Positions 1 through 9,380 of a stretch of 10,811 bases of DNA are shown in pieces. The notes beneath the pieces were generated by a model. It did no database searches. It worked only from the letters and a program-made list of their open reading frames with translations, and was not told the origin of the DNA. Within the stretch, counting starts at the first letter, position 1. Each line of letters starts with the position of its first letter. Source of the stretch: Fonticula alba ATCC 38817 (lineage: Eukaryota > Protista > Nucleariida); the NCBI GenBank assembly GCA_000388065.2, contig KB932205.1, one strand, 5' to 3'. The position numbers and the translations under genes were made by a program.

Positions 1-8
1 GCACATAC

Positions 9-1888
9 ATCGGACGCCAGGTCCACCAGGTTCCGGTCGTCCTGGTAGATGCCAATGATGAAGGGCATCGGGGCTTGGAGGAAGTCCAGCAGAGGGCGTG
101 GCAGGATCGGGATGTACACATGGTACCAGGCAAAGGGATACAACAGGAGGGTGCATGTCTCGGCGGCGATATTCAGCAGACCGACATCCTTGGAAGCGAA
201 AACGATCTTCTTCTCGGACAGGATGCACTCGATGACCCGGATGAGGTTCTGCACGTTGAGGGCGCGGAAGAGGGGGAGGATGGAAAACTGGACGTCCAGT
301 GGCAGGGCACCAGCCGGGGGAGGGAGAGGCACAGGGGAGCAGGTGAGTGATGCTCGGACGCCAGGGGAAGAGCGATGGCAGCGGGGGAGCGCACATTCTT
401 CAGGGTGGGCACCGAGTTGTAGGGCGGGCGCCAGATGTAAAACTTTTGCGATTCGAGAGTGATCTCGACCTCCATGCGCCCGGGGGGCGGGATGGGAATC
501 TCAAAGACCAGGTTGGTCAGGTAGCTGGGGGAGGGGAGAGGGGAGGCGGGGGAGGCGGGGATGTAATGTTAGTATGGGATTGGCGTTTGGAGCATTGGGG
601 GGAGGCCGAGAAACGCACCGCTCAAGGGGCAGCGACAGGCCGGGGGAGGACATCTGCATGGCCAGCTGGCAGAGGTAGGCCTTGAAAAAGTCGAAGTAGG
701 CAAACTTGGAGATGAGAACCATGGCACGTGGCTGGTAGTAGTCCGGGGCCGGGGCGACGGTCTGGAGTGCACAAAAGCCGAGAAGGAGCAAGGCCAGGCA
801 GGAGAGGGATAGAGAGAGAGAGATGCGGGGAAAAGGAAGGCACACATGCAGAGAGGGGCGCAGGGGGGGGGGGGGGGGTGTGAGAGGCCGAGGGGAAAGG
901 CAAGGGGCACATCGTGCACATGGTGCGTGGCGAGGGCGCATGCGCACCGTCGGCACCAGGGGGAAGTCCTTCTGGTCGGGAGTCTCGCCGTCGGGCGTCA
1001 CGCCGGCAGATCCGGCATCGGAGTCGGCACCGGCAGCGGCATTCCAAGGGGCATCCGGGTGGTCGATCTCGGCCAGCAGGTCACTTGACAGAGGCTCATA
1101 CAGAGTGAGCACGAAGCCGTACGACCGGATGCCGTTGATGTCGGTGTTGGTCTGTGACGGCGGGAGGAGAGAGGGCCAAGGGCCGGGGACAAACATGTGA
1201 GGACACACGCCAGGAGGGCCCCCGGGAGAGAGAGAGAGAGAGAGAGAGAGAGCGGGAGGCACAGGGGCAAGTGTGGCCACAAAGAGAACATGGGGCACTT
1301 ACAAAGGTGTGGTACGTGGGGAAGGGCACGGTGCCGGAGCTGCTGGCCATAAGCTGCACACCTCGGGGGAAGCAAAACTACCGTGGCGATGGCAGGCGGA
1401 GAGGGGGGAGGTGAGTCCGGGTGGGCGGCGGAAGATGTGTGTATGTGAATATGCCGGCCCGGGCGTACCAGCTGCAGGTCCGGTGGCAAGCCCTCGGCAT
1501 CAGCCGGCAGATGGAAGCCGGGCGTCGGGTAGGTGGACAGGATCTCCGGCGCGTAGAGGCGCTTCGAGGGATGCAGAAGCTGGATCTCGCTCCGAGAGAG
1601 GGAGGCTGTGGGAGAGCAGGCGGTGGGCCCCAGAGGGCGAGGCCGGGCATGGGAGTTAGCAGGGAAAAGAAGGGGGAGGAGGCAGCAGGGGGCGGACTGG
1701 TGCGCACACTCGAAGAGCTCGAACGGCGAGGGTGGCAGGTTCATGCGCCAGTGGCGGGTGGACGGGGCGCTGGCGCCCTTGTCGCTAGCCGGGAGAGGGG
1801 CGAACCCGCAGATGAAAACGAAGTTCACCAGCCGATCCGACGACCTCTCGCGGTTGATGGCCTGGCCCGGCGCGACAGGCGGGCTCAT
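9..1888 (-). CDS. DENN-domain protein (uDENN + cDENN; Rab GEF family), 7 exons visible, 3' part off-window, 5' end may be incomplete
   Basis: Exons (minus): 1888-1708, 1605-1469, 1377-1303, 1151-948, 761-619, 524-395, 287-9. All introns are GT-AG and phases are consistent, giving 383 aa. Motifs: DRLVNFVFICGF, LQL|FCFPRGV, YHTF|TNTDINGIRSYGFVLTLYE, QPRAMVLISKFAYFDFFKAYL, LPLERYLTNLVFEIPIPPPGR, KN|FSILPLFRALNVQNLIRVIECILSEKKIVFAS, LLYPFAWYHVYIPILPRPLLDFLQAPMPFIIGI. These are typical uDENN/cDENN signatures. Subfamily not assigned. Confidence 0.9.
1226..1252. repeat. (GA)n microsatellite; (TC)n on the sense strand of a DENN intron
   Basis: About 13 perfect GA units inside intron 1302-1152. Confidence 0.95.
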
Positions 1889-2230
1889 CGTGTTCACGGG
1901 AGGACCTCTAGAGACGGGGGAGGGCGTGCAAAGGGCAGTGGGGCAGACGGGCAATGGAAGGGGGGGGGAGGGGGAGAGTAGGAGGGCGGTGGCCGGAGGG
2001 GGGGGGGGGGATATCGATCTCATGGGCGACCGAGGAGCAGGGAGTCGGTCGCAGATCAACAATCAGGAGGGGCGGATTGGCCCCCGGTCCGGGGGAAATT
2101 GTGCCCGACGGAAGGAGGCAACACCCAACCGGGGAGAATCGGATGGTGGGCCCAGAGAGAGTGCGGCCTGTGCCCTGAAAGGAAGGACCCCCTAGGATGA
2201 TCTCTGCCCCAAGTCCGAGCCCGGGGGGGG

Positions 2231-3080
2231 NNNNNNNNNNNNNNNNNNNNNNNNNNNNNNNNNNNNNNNNNNNNNNNNNNNNNNNNNNNNNNNNNNNNNN
2301 NNNNNNNNNNNNNNNNNNNNNNNNNNNNNNNNNNNNNNNNNNNNNNNNNNNNNNNNNNNNNNNNNNNNNNNNNNNNNNNNNNNNNNNNNNNNNNNNNNNN
2401 NNNNNNNNNNNNNNNNNNNNNNNNNNNNNNNNNNNNNNNNNNNNNNNNNNNNNNNNNNNNNNNNNNNNNNNNNNNNNNNNNNNNNNNNNNNNNNNNNNNN
2501 NNNNNNNNNNNNNNNNNNNNNNNNNNNNNNNNNNNNNNNNNNNNNNNNNNNNNNNNNNNNNNNNNNNNNNNNNNNNNNNNNNNNNNNNNNNNNNNNNNNN
2601 NNNNNNNNNNNNNNNNNNNNNNNNNNNNNNNNNNNNNNNNNNNNNNNNNNNNNNNNNNNNNNNNNNNNNNNNNNNNNNNNNNNNNNNNNNNNNNNNNNNN
2701 NNNNNNNNNNNNNNNNNNNNNNNNNNNNNNNNNNNNNNNNNNNNNNNNNNNNNNNNNNNNNNNNNNNNNNNNNNNNNNNNNNNNNNNNNNNNNNNNNNNN
2801 NNNNNNNNNNNNNNNNNNNNNNNNNNNNNNNNNNNNNNNNNNNNNNNNNNNNNNNNNNNNNNNNNNNNNNNNNNNNNNNNNNNNNNNNNNNNNNNNNNNN
2901 NNNNNNNNNNNNNNNNNNNNNNNNNNNNNNNNNNNNNNNNNNNNNNNNNNNNNNNNNNNNNNNNNNNNNNNNNNNNNNNNNNNNNNNNNNNNNNNNNNNN
3001 NNNNNNNNNNNNNNNNNNNNNNNNNNNNNNNNNNNNNNNNNNNNNNNNNNNNNNNNNNNNNNNNNNNNNNNNNNNNNNNN
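2231..3080. other. Assembly gap (850 N)
   Basis: Run of N, preceded by a G8 tract (2223-2230). Confidence 1.
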
Positions 3081-4505
3081 CGGAGGGAAGGTCACTGTAG
3101 GTAGGAGGGATATAAACAAGCCACGGGCATGAGACAGTGTCAGTGAAAGAAAGGAAAACGCTCCCTTGTTGAGGGCAGGGAGGTATATGGAGGGGGGGGG
3201 GGGGAGACACACACACAGACACACAAATAGGCATATGCGGGGGGTACAGACGCACAGGGACGCGCTCAAAAACGCCGGCCAAGGGTTCCGACGGGGGGGA
3301 AACAAAAATGGGCCAGAGAACATTCCGAAGCACGTCGCATAAGTTGGGGCGTGACTTTGGGTGATCACCCGGCGCCGCCCTCGAGCAGAACACAATGCCA
3401 TTCCGTTCACTAGATCCACCTGCCCGCAACATGTTCCCCGGCTTGCCAGCCTGGGGGAAGAAGACGGGGTTGTGTTGGTGTCGGCCGCGCGCTGCCCCGG
3501 GCCCGGTGCCGCCCTCTCGACCCCATGATGCCTGCCCAGGCCTTGCTCCGTGCCTCCTGGGGGGGGGGGGGGGGCAGCCACCCGGCGCCGGGCGTCGCAC
3601 AGGGCGGCGCGGCACGGTGCGTACAGGCACACCCCCATATGCCCGTTTGACTGTCACCTGCTGCTGTGCCGGACCCCCACATCCACGGGTGGCAAGTACA
3701 CCGAGGCGCCTTTTCGCCGGCCGCCCCACCTCCGCCAAGGCCCTCCGCGGCCCCTCCACCAGATAGACAGGTTCTCTTTCCCCCTGTACGAGATCCCCCG
3801 TCTTCCTCCCTCCCCTCGCTCTCTTCGCCCGCCCGCCCGCCCGCCCGCCCGCTCGCCTTCCTTCCTCATGCCCTTGCTTCCCGTGTCTCGCTCCTGCGCC
3901 ATTGCTTCTCTCTCTCTCTCTCTCTCGCCGCTCCTCCCATTCCGCCGGGGCCCGTTCTCCCTGGCCCTCCCCTTCTTGCTATCCGCGCGCACGCGCGCGC
4001 GCCTTGCTGCCATGATCAACCCCCTCCGCTCCGGCTGATGACTCACCCGCGCATCTGGGCGCCCTCCTTGCCCCTTCCCCTCTCCCCTTTGGATGTGTTG
4101 CTTTTCGAATAGCCTGGCCTCATCGCACCACACACACTCTCTCTCCAAGATGTTCCGCAAGACTGTTGAGCATGGCGTTTCTTACATGGGCCCCTTCGGC
4201 GCTATGGGCCCCAAGGTGCGTCTCCCCTGCCCTCCCTTTTCTACTCCTCCTTTGCCTTTGGCTTCCCCCCCCCCCCTCCGCCCGACCAGCAGCCTTCTTC
4301 CCACACTCCCGATGCCAACTCGCGCGTGCCCTACATTCACTCACACGTGCAGCACATACATTCACACACTCACACTCATCCTGCGCACAGTCCAAGGGCA
4401 TCATCACCTACAGCTGGTCCCCCTACGTGCAGAAGCCCTTCTACGGTCTCTTCTCCAAGAGCATCACCAACATGGCCCACCGTGTTGCCTCTAGCCTGCC
4501 CTTCA
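3081..4505 (+). repeat. Copy 1 of a 1425-bp direct repeat (copy 2 at 9387-10811)
   Basis: Constant offset of 6306 nt in the ORF track and by eye. The runs I checked (G13, G16, (TC)10, C12) have equal lengths in both copies, and I saw no differences. Confidence 0.97.
3827..3850. repeat. (GCCC)6 tetranucleotide repeat (also in copy 2)
   Basis: Six perfect units; the minus strand reads (GGGC)6. Confidence 0.9.
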
Positions 4506-4757
4506 TCGCCCCGGCCATCATCCTCAAGTACGCACCCCCTCCCCCCTCCCTCGCACGCTTCTTTCCCTTCAGTCCTTCGTTCTCATCTCGGTGACCTTTC
4601 ACTCACTCTCCTGGCAACCCCCCCCCTCGGACGCCCTTTTCTCTGTGTCCCATCCCCTTCTGCCCAATATCGTCCCCTACCCAGCCTCGGTATCTTCTAC
4701 TGGGCCGAGACCACCTACGCCAAGAACCAGCTCAAGGACCCTCGCGACTTCGAGTAA
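4150..4757 (+). CDS. QCR8: Cytochrome b-c1 complex subunit 8 (QCR8/UQCRQ), 3 exons, 91 aa
   Basis: Exons 4150-4215, 4391-4527, 4685-4757; donors gtgcgt and gtacgc, CAG acceptors. Protein: MFRKTVEHGVSYMGPFGAMGPK|SKGIITYSWSPYVQKPFYGLFSKSITNMAHRVASSLPFIAPAIILN|LGIFYWAETTYAKNQLKDPRDFE*. Matches the Qcr8 pattern YMG..G.MG..K.KGI..Y..SPY.QKP..G.F followed by one hydrophobic helix. Confidence 0.92.
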
Positions 4758-4863
4758 GCCGCTCACCCGCTCTTCGTTTGCTGCTTCCCAGGCATCCGTC
4801 GCGCCCGGTCCCCTCCATATCCCGCCTTCCCTCCGGTCGGCGACATGTGCCAGCACACCGACT

Positions 4864-4880
4864 CACACACACACACACAC
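4864..4880. repeat. (CA)n microsatellite downstream of QCR8
   Basis: About 8 CA units. Confidence 0.9.
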
Positions 4881-5217
4881 GCACATTTCCACGCGCCTCC
4901 CCGCCGTTTTGGACTAGCAAGCACTCGCCCTTGTTCTTCCAGTTTGTCTCTTCATGTGGATGCGCACGCCTCCAAGGGGAGACTTGCCGGAGACTCATGG
5001 TCGTAGCGGGGACGGGGGGGGGAGAGTGCGCTTTCGATCCACCCCCAACAATACACCCTCCAAATGAGAAAGAGCACATCCGGACAGAGTGTTCCGATGA
5101 GGCGCCTCCTCTTGCTTCCCCCGACTTTCCTCTCCCCCTGGGCGGCGGGCCAGGCGCATGGCTTGGCAGCGCGGTGAGGGCCATCCGGCCGCGGGCGGCA
5201 TTCGGCAAGGGCAGAGC

Positions 5218-5218
<1 letters not shown>

Positions 5219-5246
<28 letters not shown>
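5219..5246. repeat. (AG)14 microsatellite, QCR8-TRAPPC1 spacer
   Basis: Perfect dinucleotide run. Confidence 0.95.
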
Positions 5247-5248
<2 letters not shown>

Positions 5249-5649
5249 TAAGGCGAGCGTCCCAGTGCGGCCGCATCGCGACTGGTCTCCCTGGAAAGGA
5301 GAACGGCCCTCTCTGAAGTCGGCGTGATCACGTGGCTATGTGGGCGCCAGCTCGCGATGTCTCGTCCTTCTGCCGGTTGTTTGGGCGCGCCGGCAGGCAT
5401 ACTTTCTTCGGGGGGAGGAGAGCGGTCTGCGCCCCGGCCGGCTGGGCGGGGGGGAGGCAGGACGGGCGGGCAGGGCCAGATCAATATCGGCTGGTGACCT
5501 GTGTGTGGATTCCAGCAGGAGAGGCGTCCAGAAGTCCCGTCCCCGACCCTGCCTCACCTAGCCCGCGCTTGCTCCTTGCCCCTCGCCTGCCTTTCCCCCC
5601 TGGTTCCCGCCTCGGCCTCGCTGCGCACCGCGGCCATCCATCTCCAGGA

Positions 5650-5973
5650 ATGATATTCACGCTTTACATCTACGATCGGTTCTGCAACTGCCTTTACTAT
5701 CGGTCCTTCTCTCGGCCCCTTCCTGTACGCGGCTGCCCGACTGCGCGATTGCCCTGACATCCCGCCGGCCGCTGTCCTGCCGGGCATGCCTGGCCCCTGG
5801 CCTCGATCTAACTTCCGTGCCCAGTCATCCATGTCCATGGCCGAGGAGCAGAAACTGGTGTACGGCGTGGTTTTCTCCGCGCGTGCCATGAGCGAGCGTT
5901 TGTCCTCGGCCGTGGGGGAATCGTGCGTCGACCAGGGCCTTGCTTTGTGCTTGCCTTTGTTTCTCCCCCCCCC

Positions 5974-6015
<42 letters not shown>

Positions 6016-6510
6016 CCCTTCCTGCAATCTCCTCACCCGCCCCCTGCCCCCTTTTCCTCGTGCATCAGCTCCGATCCCGATGGTGGCTTCATGGCCTTCC
6101 AGACGTCTGGCTTCAAGCTGCACTCCTTCGAGACGCCGACGCGCTACACGTTTGTCCTGCTGACGGCCGTCCCGACCACCGGATCGGCCTTTGACAACCG
6201 GAGCGCCAGCCCGGCCGTCCCGCAGACGGCCCAGGTGCTGGAGGACCTGCGGAAGCTCTACTCCGACTGCTTCGTGCCGCAGGTGGTGCGCAACCCGCTG
6301 GCCCGCCTGCCGACCGAGAGCTACATTGTCAGCTCCGACAACCGCATGATCCCGGCCTCCATGCGCAAGACGCCGGACCTGTGCCCGGAGATGGTCTTCG
6401 GCACGGACTCATCGCCGATCATGCTCGGCAGTACCTTCGACAAGATGGTCCTCTTCTGGGCCAACGGCCTGTCCTACTCGGGCCTCACGCCGGAGGGCAA
6501 GGCGATGTGA
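5650..6510 (+). CDS. TRAPPC1: TRAPP complex subunit 1 (Bet5/TRAPPC1, Sybindin/longin-like fold), 3 exons, about 204 aa
   Basis: Exons 5650-5724, 5825-5922, 6069-6510; intron 1 has a ctaac branch-like site. Motifs: MIFTLYIYDRFCNCLYY, EEQKLVYGVVFS, GFMAFQTSGFKLHSFETPT, LYSDCFVPQVVRNPL. An acceptor-like tctccag just before the ATG means an upstream exon cannot be excluded. Confidence 0.9.
5978..6007. repeat. (TC)15 microsatellite in TRAPPC1 intron 2
   Basis: Perfect run after a polyC tract. Confidence 0.95.
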
Positions 6511-6629
6511 AGCGCGGTCGGCGCTCCTCCCTGCCCTGTGGGGGCCCTTGCCGAAAGAAAAATACAAACATCCACATGTGTCCTGTGGATTCAATCCGGA
6601 CAGGGAAGGGGGGCAGGGAGGGTGGAAGG

Positions 6630-6641
6630 GAGAGAGAGAGA

Positions 6642-6689
<48 letters not shown>
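6630..6689. repeat. Compound (GA)n(GC)5(GA)n microsatellite, TRAPPC1-DTYMK spacer
   Basis: Read directly from the sequence. Confidence 0.95.
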
Positions 6690-6693
<4 letters not shown>

Positions 6694-6991
6694 TTGCTTG
6701 GGCGGACTGGCGATGGGCTAAAGTCGCAGGGTGGGACCAATCTGCGCCTGGGTACGCGTCGGTCTCCCTCTCTCGGGGACGGGTGGGGAGTTAGACGGGA
6801 CAATGTCAGATTCTCCGATGTCAGATCCGAGCGGGGTGTTGTTTTTCTGCCTGTTGGGGGGACACACGCAGATCGCCCACTGCCTGGAACAGCCCGCCTC
6901 CCACCCTCTCCCCCCCCCCCCCCCCGCACACCTCATTTCTCAGATATACCCGAGATCGCCCTGCCGCCCCTCAGTTCTGCCCTCCTCAATC

Positions 6992-8026
6992 ATGGTCAAA
7001 CCCGCTGCCTCCCGTGGCCTCTTCGTTGTTTTCGAGGGAACTGATCGCGCTGGCAAGTCCTCGCAGATTCGCCTGCTACATGACCACCTTGCCAGCCTGT
7101 CTCTTGATGTGGAAGTGCTTGCTTTCCCCGGTGCGCTGGCGGGGACACAGTGGTTTCCCTCGGACGCGGGCCCTCCTTCCTTCAAGCCACTACGGCCTGC
7201 CTGTCTGCTTTCTGTCCCTGGCTGACTTCCAATGCCCCGTGTCCCGGACCCCGTCGGCAGATCGCTCGACTCCCACTGGCAAGGTGATCGACGAGTATCT
7301 CCGAGGCAGCGAGCAGCGCGACATCCGGCACCTGCATCGGCTGTTCTCCGAGAACCGCCAGGAGAAGGCCGAGTACATCCGGGCCCAGCTGGCGGCCGGC
7401 GTGCACATCGTGTGTGACCGGTATGCCTTCTCCGGCGTGGCCTACACCACGGCCGTTGATGTATGTGGCTCCTTCCCTCGCTGAACAACCACCCATGGCC
7501 CTCCCTCTCGTCTGGACACCCACCTGCCATTCCCGCACCCGCGTACATCCACGCTCACGCTCACTTGCACACCCGCACACACAAACTCCTGCAGAAGAGC
7601 TCCTCCTCGCCCGCGGACACCCTTCAATGGTGCATTGACCATTATGATGGCGGCCTGCCCCGGCCGGATCTTGTCATCTACCTGGACACCGCGCGCGTTT
7701 CCGATGAGATGCTTCAGCTCCGTGGCGGCTTCGGTGATGAGCGCTACGAGCGCGTCGACATCATGCGCGCTGTGCAGGCCGGCTTTGATCGGCTGAGCTC
7801 CGCCATCGGGGTTCGGCAGCTGGAGGTCGGCTCTGCGACCACCCCTCTGCCGGCTGTGGAGGAGCCCGCTCCGGACGCCGGTTGCCAGGGGCTTCCCTGG
7901 TATTGCATCGACGCCTTCGCCGGGGACCAGGTCAAGGTGGCAGCACTCGTTCGGGGCTGCATCGACCCATGGATCGCGAGGACGCAGAGCGCCCCCGGCT
8001 TGGCCCAGCTCGGCACCCTCTGGTAA
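6992..8026 (+). CDS. DTYMK: Thymidylate (dTMP) kinase, eukaryotic type (CDC8/DTYMK), 3 exons, about 256 aa
   Basis: Exons 6992-7130, 7261-7460, 7595-8026. P-loop RGLFVVFEGTDRAGKSSQ, FP|DRSTPTGKVIDEYL, LFSENR, DRYAFSGVAY, GLPRPDLVIYLD, RGGFGDERYE, W..IDA. Confidence 0.95.
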
Positions 8027-8163
8027 AAGATGGTGCCTGTCCTCTGACCATAAAATACACCTTTCCAGCGGCCCTCCTGGGCCACTCCCTCCTCCGGTCA
8101 GCCACTGTCGTTTTTGCCGTGCGTATCAGCCTCCTCGAGCAAGGGGTAGGGAGCAGGGGGGGG

Positions 8164-8173
8164 NNNNNNNNNN
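8164..8173. other. Assembly gap (10 N, probably a nominal size)
   Basis: Run of N, preceded by a G8 tract (8156-8163). Confidence 1.
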
Positions 8174-8245
8174 CTTTGCCCCGCAGTCTCGTCTGTTGGC
8201 GCCTCAGCCGCGGTCTCTTCCTTGGTCTGGGGATCCTCCCGAGAA

Positions 8246-8280
<35 letters not shown>

Positions 8281-8283
8281 GAG
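8246..8283. repeat. Interrupted (GA)n microsatellite
   Basis: Read directly from the sequence. Confidence 0.95.
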
Positions 8284-8349
8284 GCAGAGAGAAGGGTCAC
8301 TAGGGGCGGGGGGAGGTGGGCGGGCTGAGGAATGTGCCCCACTGCCCGC

Positions 8350-8379
8350 CCGAACCGAACCGAGCCGAGCCGAACCGAA
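8350..8379. repeat. (CCGAR)6 pentanucleotide repeat
   Basis: ccgaa ccgaa ccgag ccgag ccgaa ccgaa. Confidence 0.9.
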
Positions 8380-9360
8380 CAAAGGAAAGGAGCAGGCCGT
8401 CCCCCGAGCCGCTTGCCCGCTCGGCCTTGCCCTGACTCTGTCCGGCGCTTCCGCGACAACGCGGCGGAAAGAGTGGGAGATCCATAAGTGCCAGGCCGAG
8501 GGCCGGCCGGGGCCGCGCAGGGGCCGAGGCACAGGGGCGGTCGGTCGATTTAGGGACCGCAGACGGGGCGTCGGGAGGGGGTAGGGGCCCGGTGCTGGCA
8601 ATTTACATGGATCAAGGGGCATTTTGGGCGCGAGCGCACGCGCATCGCGCCAGGCCTCCACTGATCCCCGAGCTCTCGTCCGCGGTCCGCCGGCCCCTCG
8701 GAGGGGGGCGAGCCCGGCTGGTCCGACCCTCCCTCGTCGCCCCCTCGCGGGGGGCGCCCCCCAGCCGCCTATTTCGCGCGGCCCACGGCCGGTCGCCGGA
8801 TCAGCAAGGTGCATGCCTCGGGTGAGCATATTTGCATATGTACACTTGAGGACGCATGTGCTGGCAGGGGCTGCATCACGCGGGGCGAGGGGGACGAAAA
8901 CATGTCGCCGGGGCCTGCCGCCTCCTTCGACGCAGGCCCAGGGTCTCTCGCCGCTCCCTCCCCCCCCCCCCCCCCCGGGGCGGGGACGGCGAGATATCGT
9001 CAAGCCCCTGCGGGTGCACCTGGAGGGGGGGGACACCCTCCACACCCAGCTCGAGGGGCGAGAGAGAACAACCATCGCCGCGGGCAACGTTCAAAATCGG
9101 CAAGCGGGGTAGGCGCCCTCCCCCCTCCCCCCGCTCCTGGCTCCCGCGGAGGATGGTCTCCCACAAGTCGACTGGCCTGCACTCGTAGCGGCCCCTGGCT
9201 CGGGGTGCTTGCATCCACACACGGCTACACATGCCTTCCGAGGGACGGACCGCCCACAGGCAAATCCCCGTCGGACTGGGCGCCCAAACCCCGGCAGGCA
9301 CGGGCCCGCTAACCGCAAGGCGATACTCGGGCGAGGGGAGGGGGGGGGGGGGGGGGGGCG

Positions 9361-9380
9361 CACGTCTGAACTCCAGTCAC
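9361..9380 (+). other. Illumina TruSeq adapter remnant (technical contamination)
   Basis: CACGTCTGAACTCCAGTCAC is the last 20 nt of AGATCGGAAGAGCACACGTCTGAACTCCAGTCAC. The minus strand translates as VTGVQTCA, the familiar adapter peptide (VTGVQTCALPI). Confidence 0.9.

Noticed and set aside
2068-2095. GC-box plus CCAAT-like motif and a 7-1-7 palindrome upstream of DENN
   Set aside because: Expected by chance at this GC content and the TSS is unknown.
49-2195. Plus-strand ORFs over the DENN gene
   Set aside because: Antisense shadows, rich in R/G from intronic G and GA tracts.
1908-3759. Long ORFs 1908-3638, 2056-3759 and 2197-3132
   Set aside because: They are long only because they read through 850 N; flanking residues are low-complexity GC-rich translation.
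4036-4041. TGATGA resembling a snoRNA box C
   Set aside because: No suitably placed box D with a terminal stem.
5031-5040. TTCGATCC resembling a tRNA T-loop
   Set aside because: No T-stem pairing or cloverleaf around it.
9-6510. DENN GEF and TRAPP GEF subunit as a functional trafficking cluster
   Set aside because: They are on opposite strands, separated by a gap and an unrelated respiratory gene; proximity in a compact eukaryotic genome is not evidence of a system.
7744-8085. Minus-strand ORF MAQEGRWKGVFYGQRTG...
   Set aside because: Mostly antisense to DTYMK exon 3; a shadow frame.
8350-8379. (CCGAR)6 as a transposon subterminal repeat or CRISPR-like array
   Set aside because: No terminal inverted repeats, target-site duplication, transposase or spacers; treated as a simple repeat.
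8830-8837. Octamer ATTTGCAT
   Set aside because: A single 8-mer with no linked snRNA or promoter evidence.
9308-9320. gctaaccgcaagg resembling a bacterial 16S rRNA hairpin
   Set aside because: Only about 12 nt; the flanks are not rRNA-like.
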